Part shown: positions 9,686-19,630 of the stretch, one piece after another
Position numbering within the stretch: the first letter of the stretch is position 1
How the letters are laid out: each line of letters opens with the position of its first letter
IMG/VR virus record: IMGVR_UViG_3300045988_182793
Coordinates: 1 to 64,000 of that record
Reading direction: 5' to 3' (one strand)
Length of the DNA stretch: 64,000 nt
Source of the DNA: a virus
Notes under the pieces: generated by a model
What the model was told of the DNA's origin: nothing
The model's input: only the letters and a program-made list of their open reading frames with translations
Databases searched by the model: none
Position numbers and translations under genes: made by a program

Positions 9686-11380
9686 GTGACGAAGAAAAAT
9701 ATTTTCCCTGTAGTTGCAACCATCGCCGTGGTGGGTGTTGTTCTCGGCGTGTTTTCGACGACTGTGCTGCGCGACTCGAATGTCAGCATCAGCACGATGA
9801 CTTCCGAGCAGGCATATGCCAATTTAAGTAGTAAGATGAAACGTATCGGGGTGCAGGAAGTATCCGTCAATCCGCAGCAGCTTGATGTATCGGAGTTTCT
9901 GGACGCAAAAGATGAGTTGCCGAATATCGACTCCTCCTACCCGTTTGTGGTGGAGGGGAACGGTGATGTCAACATTGAAATCTTCTCTTCCGGCGAGAAA
10001 GCAGCAGAATCCGGCTCCGATTCTTTCCTGACAAGCATGGCAAAAAAGTTCAACGCCCAGCACAACAAGACTTCCGGAGACAAGACTATGAGTGTCTCCC
10101 TGCGCTCCATTCCGTCCGGTACGGCGGCTGAGTACATCTCGACGGGAAAGTATCAGCCCGAGTGCTATACCCCCTCAAATACGCTCTTTGGCGAGCTGGT
10201 GAAGAACGAGGGCGTAGAATTGACCGTTGAGGCTGACCGTCTGGTCGGCAATGTGGCGGGTATTCTCGTATCAAAGAAGACAGGGGATATGCTTCGCTCT
10301 GAATACGGTGAAGCGTCTGTTTCTTCCGTTCTGAACGCAACCATCGATGGCAAACTCATGATGGGGTATTCCAACCCATATACCAGCGCAACTGGTCTTA
10401 ACTTCCTGCTTGCTGCATTGGCAAGCAGCGGCAGCGATACGATTGTCGATACGGCTGCTGTTGAGAATTTCCAGAAATTTCAAGCAAACGTCCCTCTCGT
10501 ATCCTTCACGACCCAGCAGATGGTCCAGTCGGCTGACAAGGGTATCGTGGACGGTGTCGTGATGGAGTACCAGTCTTATCAGAATGACCCGACCTTACAG
10601 CGCAACTACGAGTTCATCCCGTTCGGTGTGCGGCATGATAACCCCCTGTATTCTATTGGAAGCATCTCGGCCGAAAAGAAGGAAGTTATTGCTGCGTTCG
10701 TTTCCCTCTGCGCCCAGAATCAGGCAGAAGCGACGAAGGACGGGTTCAATGGTCTTGACGACTATGCTTATACAGGCAAGGCATACGACGGCAACACCAT
10801 CGCACAGGCTCAGAGTGTCTGGAAAGAAGAGAAGGACTCAGGCATTCCTATTGTGGCAGAGTTCGTTGTCGATACTTCCGGCTCGATGCGCGGCGAACCC
10901 CTGAATGCCCTGAAAACCGCGATGATAAACACCATCCAGTATATCAATGACGAAAACTATATCGGCATCATTGGCTTTGATTCAGATGTCAGGGAATACC
11001 TGCCCATTGACCAGTTCTCTCTGACCCAGAAAACTCTGTATAAGGGTGCCGTGAACTCCCTCGATGCGAACGGCAGCACCGCAATGTACAACGGTCTTTG
11101 CGTTGCTATGGACCGCATCTACCAGAAATCTCAGGAACTGGGTGGGAATTGCACGCCCATCATCTTTGTGCTCACGGATGGTGACAACAATACCGGATAT
11201 GGCTTCTCCGATACGAAAAACATCATTGCCGGTATGGATATCCCCATTTACACCATCAGCTACAACTACGCAGCGGATAGTCTTTCGGAGCTCGCTTCCA
11301 TCAACGAAGCGGCAGCTATCGTCGGCAACAGCGAGGATATCACCTACAAGCTCCGCAACCTGTTTAACGCAGAGATGTAA
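9686..11380 (+). CDS. von Willebrand factor A (vWA) domain protein with N-terminal TM anchor
   Basis: MIDAS motif VVDTSGSMRGEP...GSTAMYNGL...VLTDGDNNTG; GTG start with RBS AAAGGAGAG. Confidence 0.8.
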   Translation: MTKKNIFPVVATIAVVGVVLGVFSTTVLRDSNVSISTMTSEQAYANLSSKMKRIGVQEVSVNPQQLDVSEFLDAKDELPNIDSSYPFVVEGNGDVNIEIFSSGEKAAESGSDSFLTSMAKKFNAQHNKTSGDKTMSVSLRSIPSGTAAEYISTGKYQPECYTPSNTLFGELVKNEGVELTVEADRLVGNVAGILVSKKTGDMLRSEYGEASVSSVLNATIDGKLMMGYSNPYTSATGLNFLLAALASSGSDTIVDTAAVENFQKFQANVPLVSFTTQQMVQSADKGIVDGVVMEYQSYQNDPTLQRNYEFIPFGVRHDNPLYSIGSISAEKKEVIAAFVSLCAQNQAEATKDGFNGLDDYAYTGKAYDGNTIAQAQSVWKEEKDSGIPIVAEFVVDTSGSMRGEPLNALKTAMINTIQYINDENYIGIIGFDSDVREYLPIDQFSLTQKTLYKGAVNSLDANGSTAMYNGLCVAMDRIYQKSQELGGNCTPIIFVLTDGDNNTGYGFSDTKNIIAGMDIPIYTISYNYAADSLSELASINEAAAIVGNSEDITYKLRNLFNAEM

Positions 11381-11658
11381 CTCAAAAGCGCGGTTTTGTC
11401 CGCGCAGCTGCTCCAAAAGACAGCCTCCACGCGGCGAGCAGCGGGAACATGCTGGTCGGAAGCGGCACGGCCGTCAGCTACCAGTGCCACTCGATGGATG
11501 AGGCGGTCGATATGGTCGCCGCCTTGTACAATGGCAGAAAAAACAGAAGCAGCGCAAGCATAACCATCCTGCAAAAATATATGCCGTTCATCTTTTTGGG
11601 TGGACGGCTTTTTGTTTTGTGAATCCAGCGATTCAGTGGCGAAGCGAGCCGATTTTAC

Positions 11659-11710
11659 CAGCAGTTTGATATTCTGCGGCATGATTTCCAGCAGTTTGAT
11701 ACTCTGTGGG
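11659..11710 (+). promoter_or_regulatory. two direct repeats CCAGCAGTTTGATA(T/C)TCTG(C/T)GG (operator-like) immediately upstream of promoter copy 4
   Basis: third copy CAGCACTTTGATATTCTGCGG at 19543-19563 in the same position relative to another promoter. Confidence 0.55.
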
Positions 11711-11712
11711 CA

Positions 11713-11748
11713 GTTGCACAGCCGTGCAAATTGCATACAATGGGAATT
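11713..11748 (+). promoter_or_regulatory. copy 4 (variant) of conserved promoter motif (TTGCACAGCCGTGCAAATTGCATACAAT)
   Basis: consensus match with GTGCAAAT variant. Confidence 0.5.
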
Positions 11749-12083
11749 GGAGAACAAAAAAAGCGATGCAAGGATGTATTTGTAATAAATATAGCGGCTG
11801 TTTTTGGTATTCGCGAAACAACACGAAATTAAACGAAACGCGAAGAGAATACAAGAAAAGATGAATGAAATCCGGCTGAGGCGGATAATACTTGTGCCGA
11901 GTAGTTTAAAGTCCGGACAATGGGACAGCTAAAGTGGTAAAATGAAACTAGGAATACCTAAAATCAGATTTAACCGAAAAAACAAAAACCATGAATGAAT
12001 AATTGGTTGCTAAAAAGTAACCGCTCGCTTTTATACCCAAACCAACAAATGACCCAAATCTGTTTAGGAAGGATAGATACAAA

Positions 12084-14249
12084 ATGGCAAGAAGGAAAAC
12101 AAACGACTTGGAAAATCAGATGTCGCTCATGGACATGATGGCATCGGAAAGCCCCGAATATACCGAAGAAGGCCCGGAAGAACTCTTGGACCCCGGCGAG
12201 GACATGGGGGACAGTGAAGGGCAGACGGATAAGCCCTTCAAACTCGTGGCGAACAAGACCACGAAGGCAAAGGTGAGCATCTCCACGCAGGCGCTGAATG
12301 TTGTGAAGGCGGTATATGCTGATACGGTCGAAACGAATTGGGAAGAGTTGTTTGACGGGTTCGACAGACTCTATGCTATCACTTTTTCGTCCGGTATCGA
12401 GTTCGTGAATAAGGTCATCAACAAGTTCTCGTATGCGGAAGTCGTGTTCGGCTGCGAGAAAATCATCGCCAACGACATCGCTGCCATCATGTCGGTGCAA
12501 ATCGACAGCGTGCAGCGGCTCGCTAAGTCTAAGTCGGCAGGGAACCTTGCGAACCGCCTCGATGACGGGTCCTTGCAGCTGTATGTATCGCGGGACACGA
12601 AATCGCACGAGAAAATCTTTATCTTGGAGAGCGCTGACCATAAGCGTGTCCGAGTCATCACCAGCAGTGCGAATATGTCGGCATCGGCGTTTTGCGGCAT
12701 TCAGCGAGAGAATATCGTCTGCTTCGATGACGAGGCGGCATTTTCGCATTACAAGGTTCTGTTCGAGACCTTCAAGGAGACCTGCTCCGACAATGTCTCC
12801 TATAAGGCAGTCGTGAACACCATGAACCAGGAAGATTATCTGAAAGAGAACATCAAAGAAGTGCCCGTCTTTCAGTCTATTGAAAAGCAGAAGCTTGTCT
12901 TTCTGGAACAGGCACAGCCTGAGGATGAGGTCGAATACGAGATAGTTGCCGATGTCAAGAAAATGCAGGAACTCGTCAAGCCAATCATGCCTAAGATGCC
13001 GGTACAGGCGAATCGTATTGTAGTGGCAGCGGAACCGATGCGCGTTTTCGGGAAACGATATACCGAGGTGCGGCGTGTGGCAGCTGAGGCAGTTAAGCAG
13101 CTCCCGAAATTACATATCGACTATGATGCCGGGACCATGACCTTCAACGACGAGAATATCGACCTCAATCCGAATCTCAGCGAGGTGGCAAAGAACATCG
13201 AGAGCATCCAGAAGTTCTTCTCAGGCATGGACTACTTTTACGGCGATGTCGAACAGGCCAAGAAGGACTACTTCAAGTACATGACCTGGTATCTGGCTAC
13301 CCCGTTCATGGCGTACCTTCGGTATTTTGCGTCAAGGAACAACTACGATACGAAGCTGTTCCCGATGTACGGCGTAATTTACGGTGACTCAAACGGCGGC
13401 AAGACGACCTTTATAAAATTTCTTGTCAAACTCATGTGCGGTGAGACCGTTAAGATGAACACGACGGAGGATTTCACAGCCACAAGAATCGACGGCCTCA
13501 AACGAGTTTGTGAGGGGCTGCCGCTGAACATCGACGACCTCGCCAAGACCCAGTTTCAGAACCATTCAGAACGGGTAATCAAGAACGATGAATGGGGTAT
13601 CTCGGACAGGCTCGTGAACTATCCTGCTGTATCTATCACATCGAATAAAATTACCTCGCTGACAAAAGACCTCTCGAAACGTGCTATCATCTGTCGAATT
13701 GGTGCTAAAATCGACAACGAGCGCGGTGCCAAGAACTCGAAGCGTGTGAATGAGAGTATGTCGGAGCTGACAACCGCGTTCTATGGCGAATATGTCCGCC
13801 GAATGCTTGTTTGCATCGATGAGATGACGACGGAAATGCGTGAAAATGCGAATGGCAAGGAATACTTCCCGGATATCTTCCACGCTTCGTCTAGTGTCAT
13901 TGCAGATATCTTCGAGGCATGCGGAATCGATTTGCCGGACTATGTGCGTATCCTGTACTATAACGACTATATGGGTGATGAGAGCATTGGTCGTGCTGCA
14001 ATTGAGAAAATCGAACTGGCATGGCAGGCTGACCCGAGCAAGTTCCGGGTTGATAAGAAGCAGAACAGGCTCATTTACTCCTATCCGCCGGATGGACCGT
14101 GGTACGAACTGAAATACATTGCAGATGAGCTGCCGAACTCCCTCGAAGCAGAGATTTCTGGCGGCAACCAGCTTATCATGAACTACGAGCAGGCACAGGA
14201 ATTGTTCGGCATCAAGTTTCGGCGCTGGCTGGGCATCTTTAACCTCTAA
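12084..14249 (+). CDS. large P-loop NTPase, C-terminal SF3-helicase/D5-P4-primase-like ATPase; N-terminal PLD-like (HxK...GSxN-like) motif
   Basis: Walker A YGDSNGGKTTF, Walker B LNIDDL; SHEKIFILESADHKRVRVITSSAN resembles HKD nuclease motif; RBS AGGAAGGA. Confidence 0.6.
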   Translation: MARRKTNDLENQMSLMDMMASESPEYTEEGPEELLDPGEDMGDSEGQTDKPFKLVANKTTKAKVSISTQALNVVKAVYADTVETNWEELFDGFDRLYAITFSSGIEFVNKVINKFSYAEVVFGCEKIIANDIAAIMSVQIDSVQRLAKSKSAGNLANRLDDGSLQLYVSRDTKSHEKIFILESADHKRVRVITSSANMSASAFCGIQRENIVCFDDEAAFSHYKVLFETFKETCSDNVSYKAVVNTMNQEDYLKENIKEVPVFQSIEKQKLVFLEQAQPEDEVEYEIVADVKKMQELVKPIMPKMPVQANRIVVAAEPMRVFGKRYTEVRRVAAEAVKQLPKLHIDYDAGTMTFNDENIDLNPNLSEVAKNIESIQKFFSGMDYFYGDVEQAKKDYFKYMTWYLATPFMAYLRYFASRNNYDTKLFPMYGVIYGDSNGGKTTFIKFLVKLMCGETVKMNTTEDFTATRIDGLKRVCEGLPLNIDDLAKTQFQNHSERVIKNDEWGISDRLVNYPAVSITSNKITSLTKDLSKRAIICRIGAKIDNERGAKNSKRVNESMSELTTAFYGEYVRRMLVCIDEMTTEMRENANGKEYFPDIFHASSSVIADIFEACGIDLPDYVRILYYNDYMGDESIGRAAIEKIELAWQADPSKFRVDKKQNRLIYSYPPDGPWYELKYIADELPNSLEAEISGGNQLIMNYEQAQELFGIKFRRWLGIFNL

Positions 14250-14299
14250 TATGCATGGCAGGTTCTTTTCGGAGCCTGCCTTTTTATTTCGCAAAAATA

Positions 14300-14335
14300 G
14301 TTGCCCATTTGTGCGAATTGCAGACAATCAGAAAT
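14300..14335 (+). promoter_or_regulatory. copy 5 of conserved promoter motif (TTTGTGCGAATTGCAGACAAT)
   Basis: consensus match. Confidence 0.6.
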
Positions 14336-14411
14336 AAAGCGTAAAGCAAAGAAGCTGAGTACCATCTCAAAATTTGCAAGCAAAAAGTTGATTGAGCGAA
14401 ATTGGAATATC

Positions 14412-14684
14412 ATGAAAGACTACGGCAACGGCTATTCCATTGAGGAGCTTGCCGCAAAATACAGGTTGAGCGTCCGTACATGCTATCGAGCGTTAGACGA
14501 CGCGAAACAGAAGGCCAGAATTCAGTTGGCGCAGGTAGAGGATGCCAGAAAAGCTGAAATCCTTGCGGCATACAAGAACAGTGTCCCTCTCAAGGAAATG
14601 ATTGCGAAATTCAACGTGGCAGGTCAACAACCCCGCCTAAACCGGTTCGCCGGTTATAGACGGGGCTTGCGGGGCAACCCGTAA
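14412..14684 (+). CDS. small HTH-repeat regulator, C-terminus replaced by IS left-end sequence
   Basis: first unit DYGNGYSIEELAAKYRLSVRTCYRAL matches the repeat unit of genes 51988-53981; second unit cut where IS hairpin begins (~14633). Confidence 0.55.
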   Translation: MKDYGNGYSIEELAAKYRLSVRTCYRALDDAKQKARIQLAQVEDARKAEILAAYKNSVPLKEMIAKFNVAGQQPRLNRFAGYRRGLRGNP

Positions 14685-14989
14685 GCCCGGTTGATTAGCC
14701 TCAGTGAACGGTAACTTCGGTTGCTGCGAACTCCGTTATGCATTTGATGAGCAATCATCTTCATAATATAGGCACCCCGATATGCTCCACAAGTGTCGGG
14801 CTTTGCGGGCAGTGTATGTATCAATGGCGCAAGCCGTTGATATGTATTACGTTAAAAATCTCTAAGGGTAGGAGATGTGCGGCTGCCATGCCGAAAGGCT
14901 AAAACAGTGCATAACATTGGCGAAGTGGACCACAGGGCGCAACCCCTGACTTATAGTTTCATTACTATTTTACGAAAGGAGTACCTTGC
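14630..14989 (+). ncRNA. candidate omega-RNA of IscB (5' of iscB, spanning IS left end)
   Basis: ~300 nt non-coding, GC-rich with multiple stem-loops, in the position where IscB omega-RNAs are encoded (established for IscB family). Confidence 0.45.
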
Positions 14990-16387
14990 ATGAGCACTTG
15001 CGTTTGCGTTCTCAGCAACAGTGGTGAACGCTTAATGCCTACCTTCCGTCTTGGCAAGGTGCGCCATCTTCTGAAAGACGGAAAGGCTAAAATCGTTAAG
15101 CATCACCCGTTTACCATCCAGCTGCTGTATGACAGCAAAACGAACACGCAGCCTATTGAAATCTGCGAGGATGTGGGCTACAACTACATCGGCATCAGTG
15201 TGAAAAGTCAATCTCACGAGTATGTATCTGCTCAATATGATACATTACAGGACGAGAAAGCCTGCCACGACAGTTGTCGTAAGTTGCGCCGTACACGCAG
15301 AAACAGACTGCGTTACCGTAAACCGCGCTTCGATAACCGCAAGCGCGGCGAAGGTTGGCTTGCTCCTTCTTTGAGGCATAAGAAAGAACTCAATGTCAAC
15401 GTTGTCAAGATGTATTGTGCAGTAATGCCCATTACTCATGCAACAGTTGAGGTTGGTTCTTTCGACACAATGCTTGTAAAAGCAATTCAGGAAGGAAAAG
15501 CCATTCCTGAGGGAGCAGACTATCAAAAAGGTCCTCGCTACAATTTGGCAACCTTGCGTGAGGCAGTGTTCTACCGTGATAATTACACCTGCCAAGTTTG
15601 TGGACGCAAAGTCGCGGATGGTGCCATTTTACATATGCACCACATGTTCTACTGGAAAGGTCGTCACGGCGACAGCCTGAACGAACTTCTAACGGTATGC
15701 GAAAAGTGCCATACACCAGCTAACCATCAAAAAGGCGGTAAGCTTTATGGCTTCGGAGAAAATGTAAAGTTTGCCGACCTTTCCGGTGCGGCTTTTATGA
15801 ACACCGTTAGGTGGCAAATTGTCAATGAACTCTATGCTGCTTTTGGAAAAGATTTTGTCACCGTCACTTATGGCGCAATGACAAAAGAAAAGCGTATCGC
15901 ACTTCGACTTGAAAAAAGCCATAATAACGACGCGTATGCAATGGGCGAGTTTCATCCAAACTGCCGCTGTACGTTTGAACATTATGAAAAGGTAAGGCGT
16001 AATAATCGCATCCTTGAAAAGTTTTATGATTCTCGCTACATTGACATTCGTACAGGAGAAATAGCTACTGGAAAAGAACTCTTCAACGGTAGAATTAACC
16101 GTAACCACAAAAAGGATTCGGAAAATTTGCACAGATACCGTGGCAAGAGGACATACGCAGGGCATCGCGCTCTATTACGCAAAAAGGTAAACCTTAATCC
16201 GGGTGATTTAGTCTCTCTCAACGGAGAAGTTCTCGTTGTGCATAGCACTCATACCAATAAAAAGGGTGCTGTAAATGTAGAATTCAAAACACCCGGAAAA
16301 AGCGGTCAAAAATCTGCAAGCCTTAAAAAACTTAAAATTGTAAAAGCAGCAGATTCCATGCATTCTGCATGGGAAAAAATATCTTAA
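14990..16387 (+). CDS. iscB: IscB RNA-guided nuclease (PLMP, RuvC-I/II/III, RRXRR bridge helix, HNH)
   Basis: N-term VLSNSGERLMPT...GKAKIVKHHPFTIQLLY; ICEDVG (RuvC-I); RRNRLRYRKPRFDNRKRGEGW; CQVCGRK...HMHH...CEKCH (HNH); SHNNDAY (RuvC-III). Confidence 0.85.
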   Translation: MSTCVCVLSNSGERLMPTFRLGKVRHLLKDGKAKIVKHHPFTIQLLYDSKTNTQPIEICEDVGYNYIGISVKSQSHEYVSAQYDTLQDEKACHDSCRKLRRTRRNRLRYRKPRFDNRKRGEGWLAPSLRHKKELNVNVVKMYCAVMPITHATVEVGSFDTMLVKAIQEGKAIPEGADYQKGPRYNLATLREAVFYRDNYTCQVCGRKVADGAILHMHHMFYWKGRHGDSLNELLTVCEKCHTPANHQKGGKLYGFGENVKFADLSGAAFMNTVRWQIVNELYAAFGKDFVTVTYGAMTKEKRIALRLEKSHNNDAYAMGEFHPNCRCTFEHYEKVRRNNRILEKFYDSRYIDIRTGEIATGKELFNGRINRNHKKDSENLHRYRGKRTYAGHRALLRKKVNLNPGDLVSLNGEVLVVHSTHTNKKGAVNVEFKTPGKSGQKSASLKKLKIVKAADSMHSAWEKIS

Positions 16388-16517
16388 TCATTTAAAGAAA
16401 GGAGTAGCAGGGTATTTGTGCTAACTGAGTACACTTCAAATTGCCTCTTGGTTAGCGCATTCCTCACCGCCTAAGTCGCAAGCGACTATAGACGGTGTAC
16501 CCTGCGCACATAATTTG

Positions 16518-17156
16518 ATGAAATGGATTGTGAAGCAAACCAAATCGAAAGGATATGAGTTCACCTTCGATATCGTGAAAGGCAAGGCCGTTATCGGGCA
16601 GGCACACTATATCCCGAAATTGCTACGGCAGGGTTATGGCATCCGGCTGAATGATTCCAAGTTCCTGCTGCAATACATGCCAGCTGCTGACGCAAGGGCG
16701 TACATGCGCGGCATCAACACGAAAGATATTCTGAGACACCCTTTTGCTATCCGTGAGAACAACTGCACGGTAGGCGAGATTTCCGTCATCCATACAAAAA
16801 CCGGATTCCTCCAAGGATACAATTCTATCGCCATGCAGCTGTATGGCGAGGAATACCAGAGCTACAAAATTGGTTTTGGAAAAGAAGGAGTATGCTGTCC
16901 CGTATTTCTTGGCGGACAGCAAATCGCCCAAATCAATAAGAGCGCGGTGGTCAAGGACAATCTGGATGAATACCTGATTTACGCGGTCAATGAAATGGCT
17001 CTGCTGCCGTCCGTTATGTTCGCCATTTACATTGACGGGATATACTACGCAAACCGAGGCGTGTATGTGGATGACGCAACGACTATCAACTGCGAATACA
17101 GCTTGAACGAGGAAGTCCTGTCCCACTACGACCCGAATTTTGTCAAAGGACTATGA
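16518..17156 (+). CDS. hypothetical protein (212 aa)
   Basis: ORF only. Confidence 0.45.
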   Translation: MKWIVKQTKSKGYEFTFDIVKGKAVIGQAHYIPKLLRQGYGIRLNDSKFLLQYMPAADARAYMRGINTKDILRHPFAIRENNCTVGEISVIHTKTGFLQGYNSIAMQLYGEEYQSYKIGFGKEGVCCPVFLGGQQIAQINKSAVVKDNLDEYLIYAVNEMALLPSVMFAIYIDGIYYANRGVYVDDATTINCEYSLNEEVLSHYDPNFVKGL

Positions 17157-17187
17157 CTCCGATAACTGGTATTCACAGACAATATCA

Positions 17188-17223
17188 TGTTGCGAAACTG
17201 TGCGAATCGCAGACAATTAAAAG
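17188..17223 (+). promoter_or_regulatory. copy 6 of conserved promoter motif (ACTGTGCGAATCGCAGACAAT)
   Basis: consensus match. Confidence 0.6.
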
Positions 17224-17256
17224 TGAATGAATTACAAAAGCTACAGAGGATAAACA

Positions 17257-17853
17257 ATGAGCTATGAACCCATTATCACACCGGGCAGGAATTTCTTTCT
17301 TGTCTCGACGGAGTACAAAGAGAGCTGCTCTGCCTGGTGCCGCAAGCAAATTAGAGCGACACTGAGGACCTGTCAGGGACGAGTCATCATCATTGATGCA
17401 ACGGGCGAGTACGCGGACTTGGCGCTTGAACATGACAGATTGATTCGAGAGAAAATCCCGTCCATCATTTATCGGTATAAGCTGGTGGACGGGAAACCGT
17501 ATATTGCTCATGTCATTGAAGTTGATACGGAAGCAAATGAAGCACCGCACCTGATTGTATACGATATCAGCCGGACCATAATCACCAGCTGGAAGGTCGG
17601 CGTAGAGGCAATTGATAAAATCCTGCAATCCTATGCCGTGATGCGGGACAGTGAAATCGCGTGGTTGTATGTTCCGCTGGACTTATATACCAATGTCAAG
17701 CCTGAAACCGAATCCTGGAACATTCTGGAACGAACTATCAAGGGTAATGAAGGCAAGCTCATGACAGTACTGACGACTCGCAAATTCACCATTGGGATGG
17801 TCCAGCGCTGTTTGCATATGACAAAAAATAAACTTTTGGAGGATAGCAAATGA
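17257..17853 (+). CDS. hypothetical protein (198 aa)
   Basis: ORF with RBS; no motif. Confidence 0.5.
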   Translation: MSYEPIITPGRNFFLVSTEYKESCSAWCRKQIRATLRTCQGRVIIIDATGEYADLALEHDRLIREKIPSIIYRYKLVDGKPYIAHVIEVDTEANEAPHLIVYDISRTIITSWKVGVEAIDKILQSYAVMRDSEIAWLYVPLDLYTNVKPETESWNILERTIKGNEGKLMTVLTTRKFTIGMVQRCLHMTKNKLLEDSK

Positions 17854-18797
17854 CCAATGAACAGCTGAAAATCGCATTGACGGCGAATGCCGTTACCAAA
17901 CAAACCCGAAACCATTTTGGATTCAGTGACCCGTGTGGAAAAACGCTAGAAGAATACAACAAGTCCGCGATGCTGTGCTGCATGACAGCGGCGCAGAGAA
18001 TGAACACGCCGGGTTTTGAGCGTGTTTTGGCTGCGCAGATTTTTCCCTGCTTTACCATTGGCTGCTGGAATCAGACGAAGACGGTCTATGATTTTGACTA
18101 CGAGTTTCAGAAAATGCTGATGGATACGGATGACGTGGCAATTCATCAGGATATCCTGCAGCGACTCCCGGTTCGTGATTTCTTTATCCCGGTGTATGAC
18201 AGCTACGACTACAACGGTATGTTCGTGCATGTGGAATTCGACGAAAAAGAGAAAACCACAGCTTTCGGTATCGTTCTTGTCGGCCCCACTAAGGGCAGCC
18301 ACGATGATTTCACGTTCCTGACTCTGCCTGCCTGGGCCAAAGAAAACCAGAGTTTGACGGAAGCAACCCGGAGTACGAAAGAATACCTGGAAAAGGCAGC
18401 AGGGCAGCGGCAAGTAAATGGTATCAGCGTACCGGCTGTGATGGAAGCAGTTCCTTCGGTCTTTGACGGCGGCACACCTTATGTCCGGCTGGCAATCCTG
18501 TGCGCCAACTATCTTGCCAGCAAGAACCCAGATGTCCGCCTTGAAACTTCCAAAAAGCGTGACCGCCCGGTATTCGTGTTTCAGGGAAAGGCACAGCGAA
18601 TCAACGTCAAGACATATACCGTTGGTGAGAATGCGGCCAAAGAATACAAAAAGAATGGGGAAGGCAACCCCCCCCCGCTGGCGGCATTACTGGTGCGGCA
18701 ATGGCCGGGAACGCCGGGAATGCAAGTTTATTTACTGATGGCGGTGAGGGGGAATCATGGCTCCCCCTACTTATCAGGACCCGATTGGGTTCTATGA
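17850..18797 (+). CDS. hypothetical protein (315 aa)
   Basis: ATGA overlap with upstream gene, RBS GGAGGA. Confidence 0.5.
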   Translation: MTNEQLKIALTANAVTKQTRNHFGFSDPCGKTLEEYNKSAMLCCMTAAQRMNTPGFERVLAAQIFPCFTIGCWNQTKTVYDFDYEFQKMLMDTDDVAIHQDILQRLPVRDFFIPVYDSYDYNGMFVHVEFDEKEKTTAFGIVLVGPTKGSHDDFTFLTLPAWAKENQSLTEATRSTKEYLEKAAGQRQVNGISVPAVMEAVPSVFDGGTPYVRLAILCANYLASKNPDVRLETSKKRDRPVFVFQGKAQRINVKTYTVGENAAKEYKKNGEGNPPPLAALLVRQWPGTPGMQVYLLMAVRGNHGSPYLSGPDWVL

Positions 18798-19464
18798 ATG
18801 GTTCGATGACCTTCCTTATGCTATCCAGGATAGTATTCTGAAACACCTGCCGCATATGGAAGGCGAGGAATGGCTCATTGTCATTATCCTTGCAGCTCTT
18901 CTTCTGATGATTCTGGTTTCAGCGTATCTGGGCTTTGCAAGACATAATGTCAAAAAAACGAGTGAACGACTCAACGCTTTGAAAGAGCTGAACAACACGA
19001 CTGAATTCATGCCGGTCGAGGCGCAGTACCGCTACTATCTACGTTCTGATACGAAGCTGGAATACGAGGAGTTCTCGCTCCCGAAATTCTTCCGCCGCGA
19101 AGTGAGAGAAAACTTTAAGCTGTTCAACACTCTTCTTGGCAATGCTCGGGCAAACACGGTATTGTATGAAACATACGGCCGCGAAATCCAGGAACTCCCG
19201 GATTGGACAGAATCGGATGACGATTGCGGGCGGCATATCCCGTTCTTTCTCTACCACAACATCGAGAAAGAGTTGTACGATGAAACTGTCCTGGACTGCC
19301 CTGTAACGAGCCCTGAGTTTGTCTGTACGAAAAGCTATCTGCCCAAAGATGCCAAAGAGCCGATTGAGACGGAAGAAACCTATACACTGGAGGAACTGGA
19401 AGAGTACATACGCCGCTTGAAGGTTGCAGCCGATGTCAAGAAGAACAGCCAGAACGCAGGCTGA
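18757..19464 (+). CDS. hypothetical membrane protein (1 TM, 235 aa)
   Basis: EEWLIVIILAALLLMILVSAYLGF hydrophobic helix. Confidence 0.5.
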   Translation: MAPPTYQDPIGFYEWFDDLPYAIQDSILKHLPHMEGEEWLIVIILAALLLMILVSAYLGFARHNVKKTSERLNALKELNNTTEFMPVEAQYRYYLRSDTKLEYEEFSLPKFFRREVRENFKLFNTLLGNARANTVLYETYGREIQELPDWTESDDDCGRHIPFFLYHNIEKELYDETVLDCPVTSPEFVCTKSYLPKDAKEPIETEETYTLEELEEYIRRLKVAADVKKNSQNAG

Positions 19465-19599
19465 AAAAAGTCAGCAGCCATAAGCAAGAGGCAGGGCCCT
19501 GTGTTTCATGGTTCCAGAACGTCTTCCCACCTGAACTTTAACAGCACTTTGATATTCTGCGGGTATTGACAAACAGCCAAAAAGGTGCTTGGGTCAAAA

Positions 19600-19630
19600 G
19601 CTCTTGCAAAAACGTACGATACCCGTACAA
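19600..19630 (+). promoter_or_regulatory. diverged copy of promoter motif (TTGCAAAAACGTACGATACCCGTACAAT) with upstream operator repeat at 19543-19563
   Basis: TTGCAA-16-TACAAT. Confidence 0.45.

Larger units (their letters stand above)
14625..16510 (+). mobile_element. IS200/IS605-family element carrying iscB (OMEGA system)
   Basis: matching subterminal hairpins: CCGCCTAA-ACCGGTTCGCCGGT-TATAGACGGGG (14633-14665) and CCGCCTAA-GTCGCAAGCGAC-TATAGACGGTG (16467-16497). Confidence 0.65.

Noticed and set aside
12371-12816. Overlapping ORFs inside the 721-aa gene
   Set aside because: Nested or antisense within a gene with clear Walker motifs and RBS.
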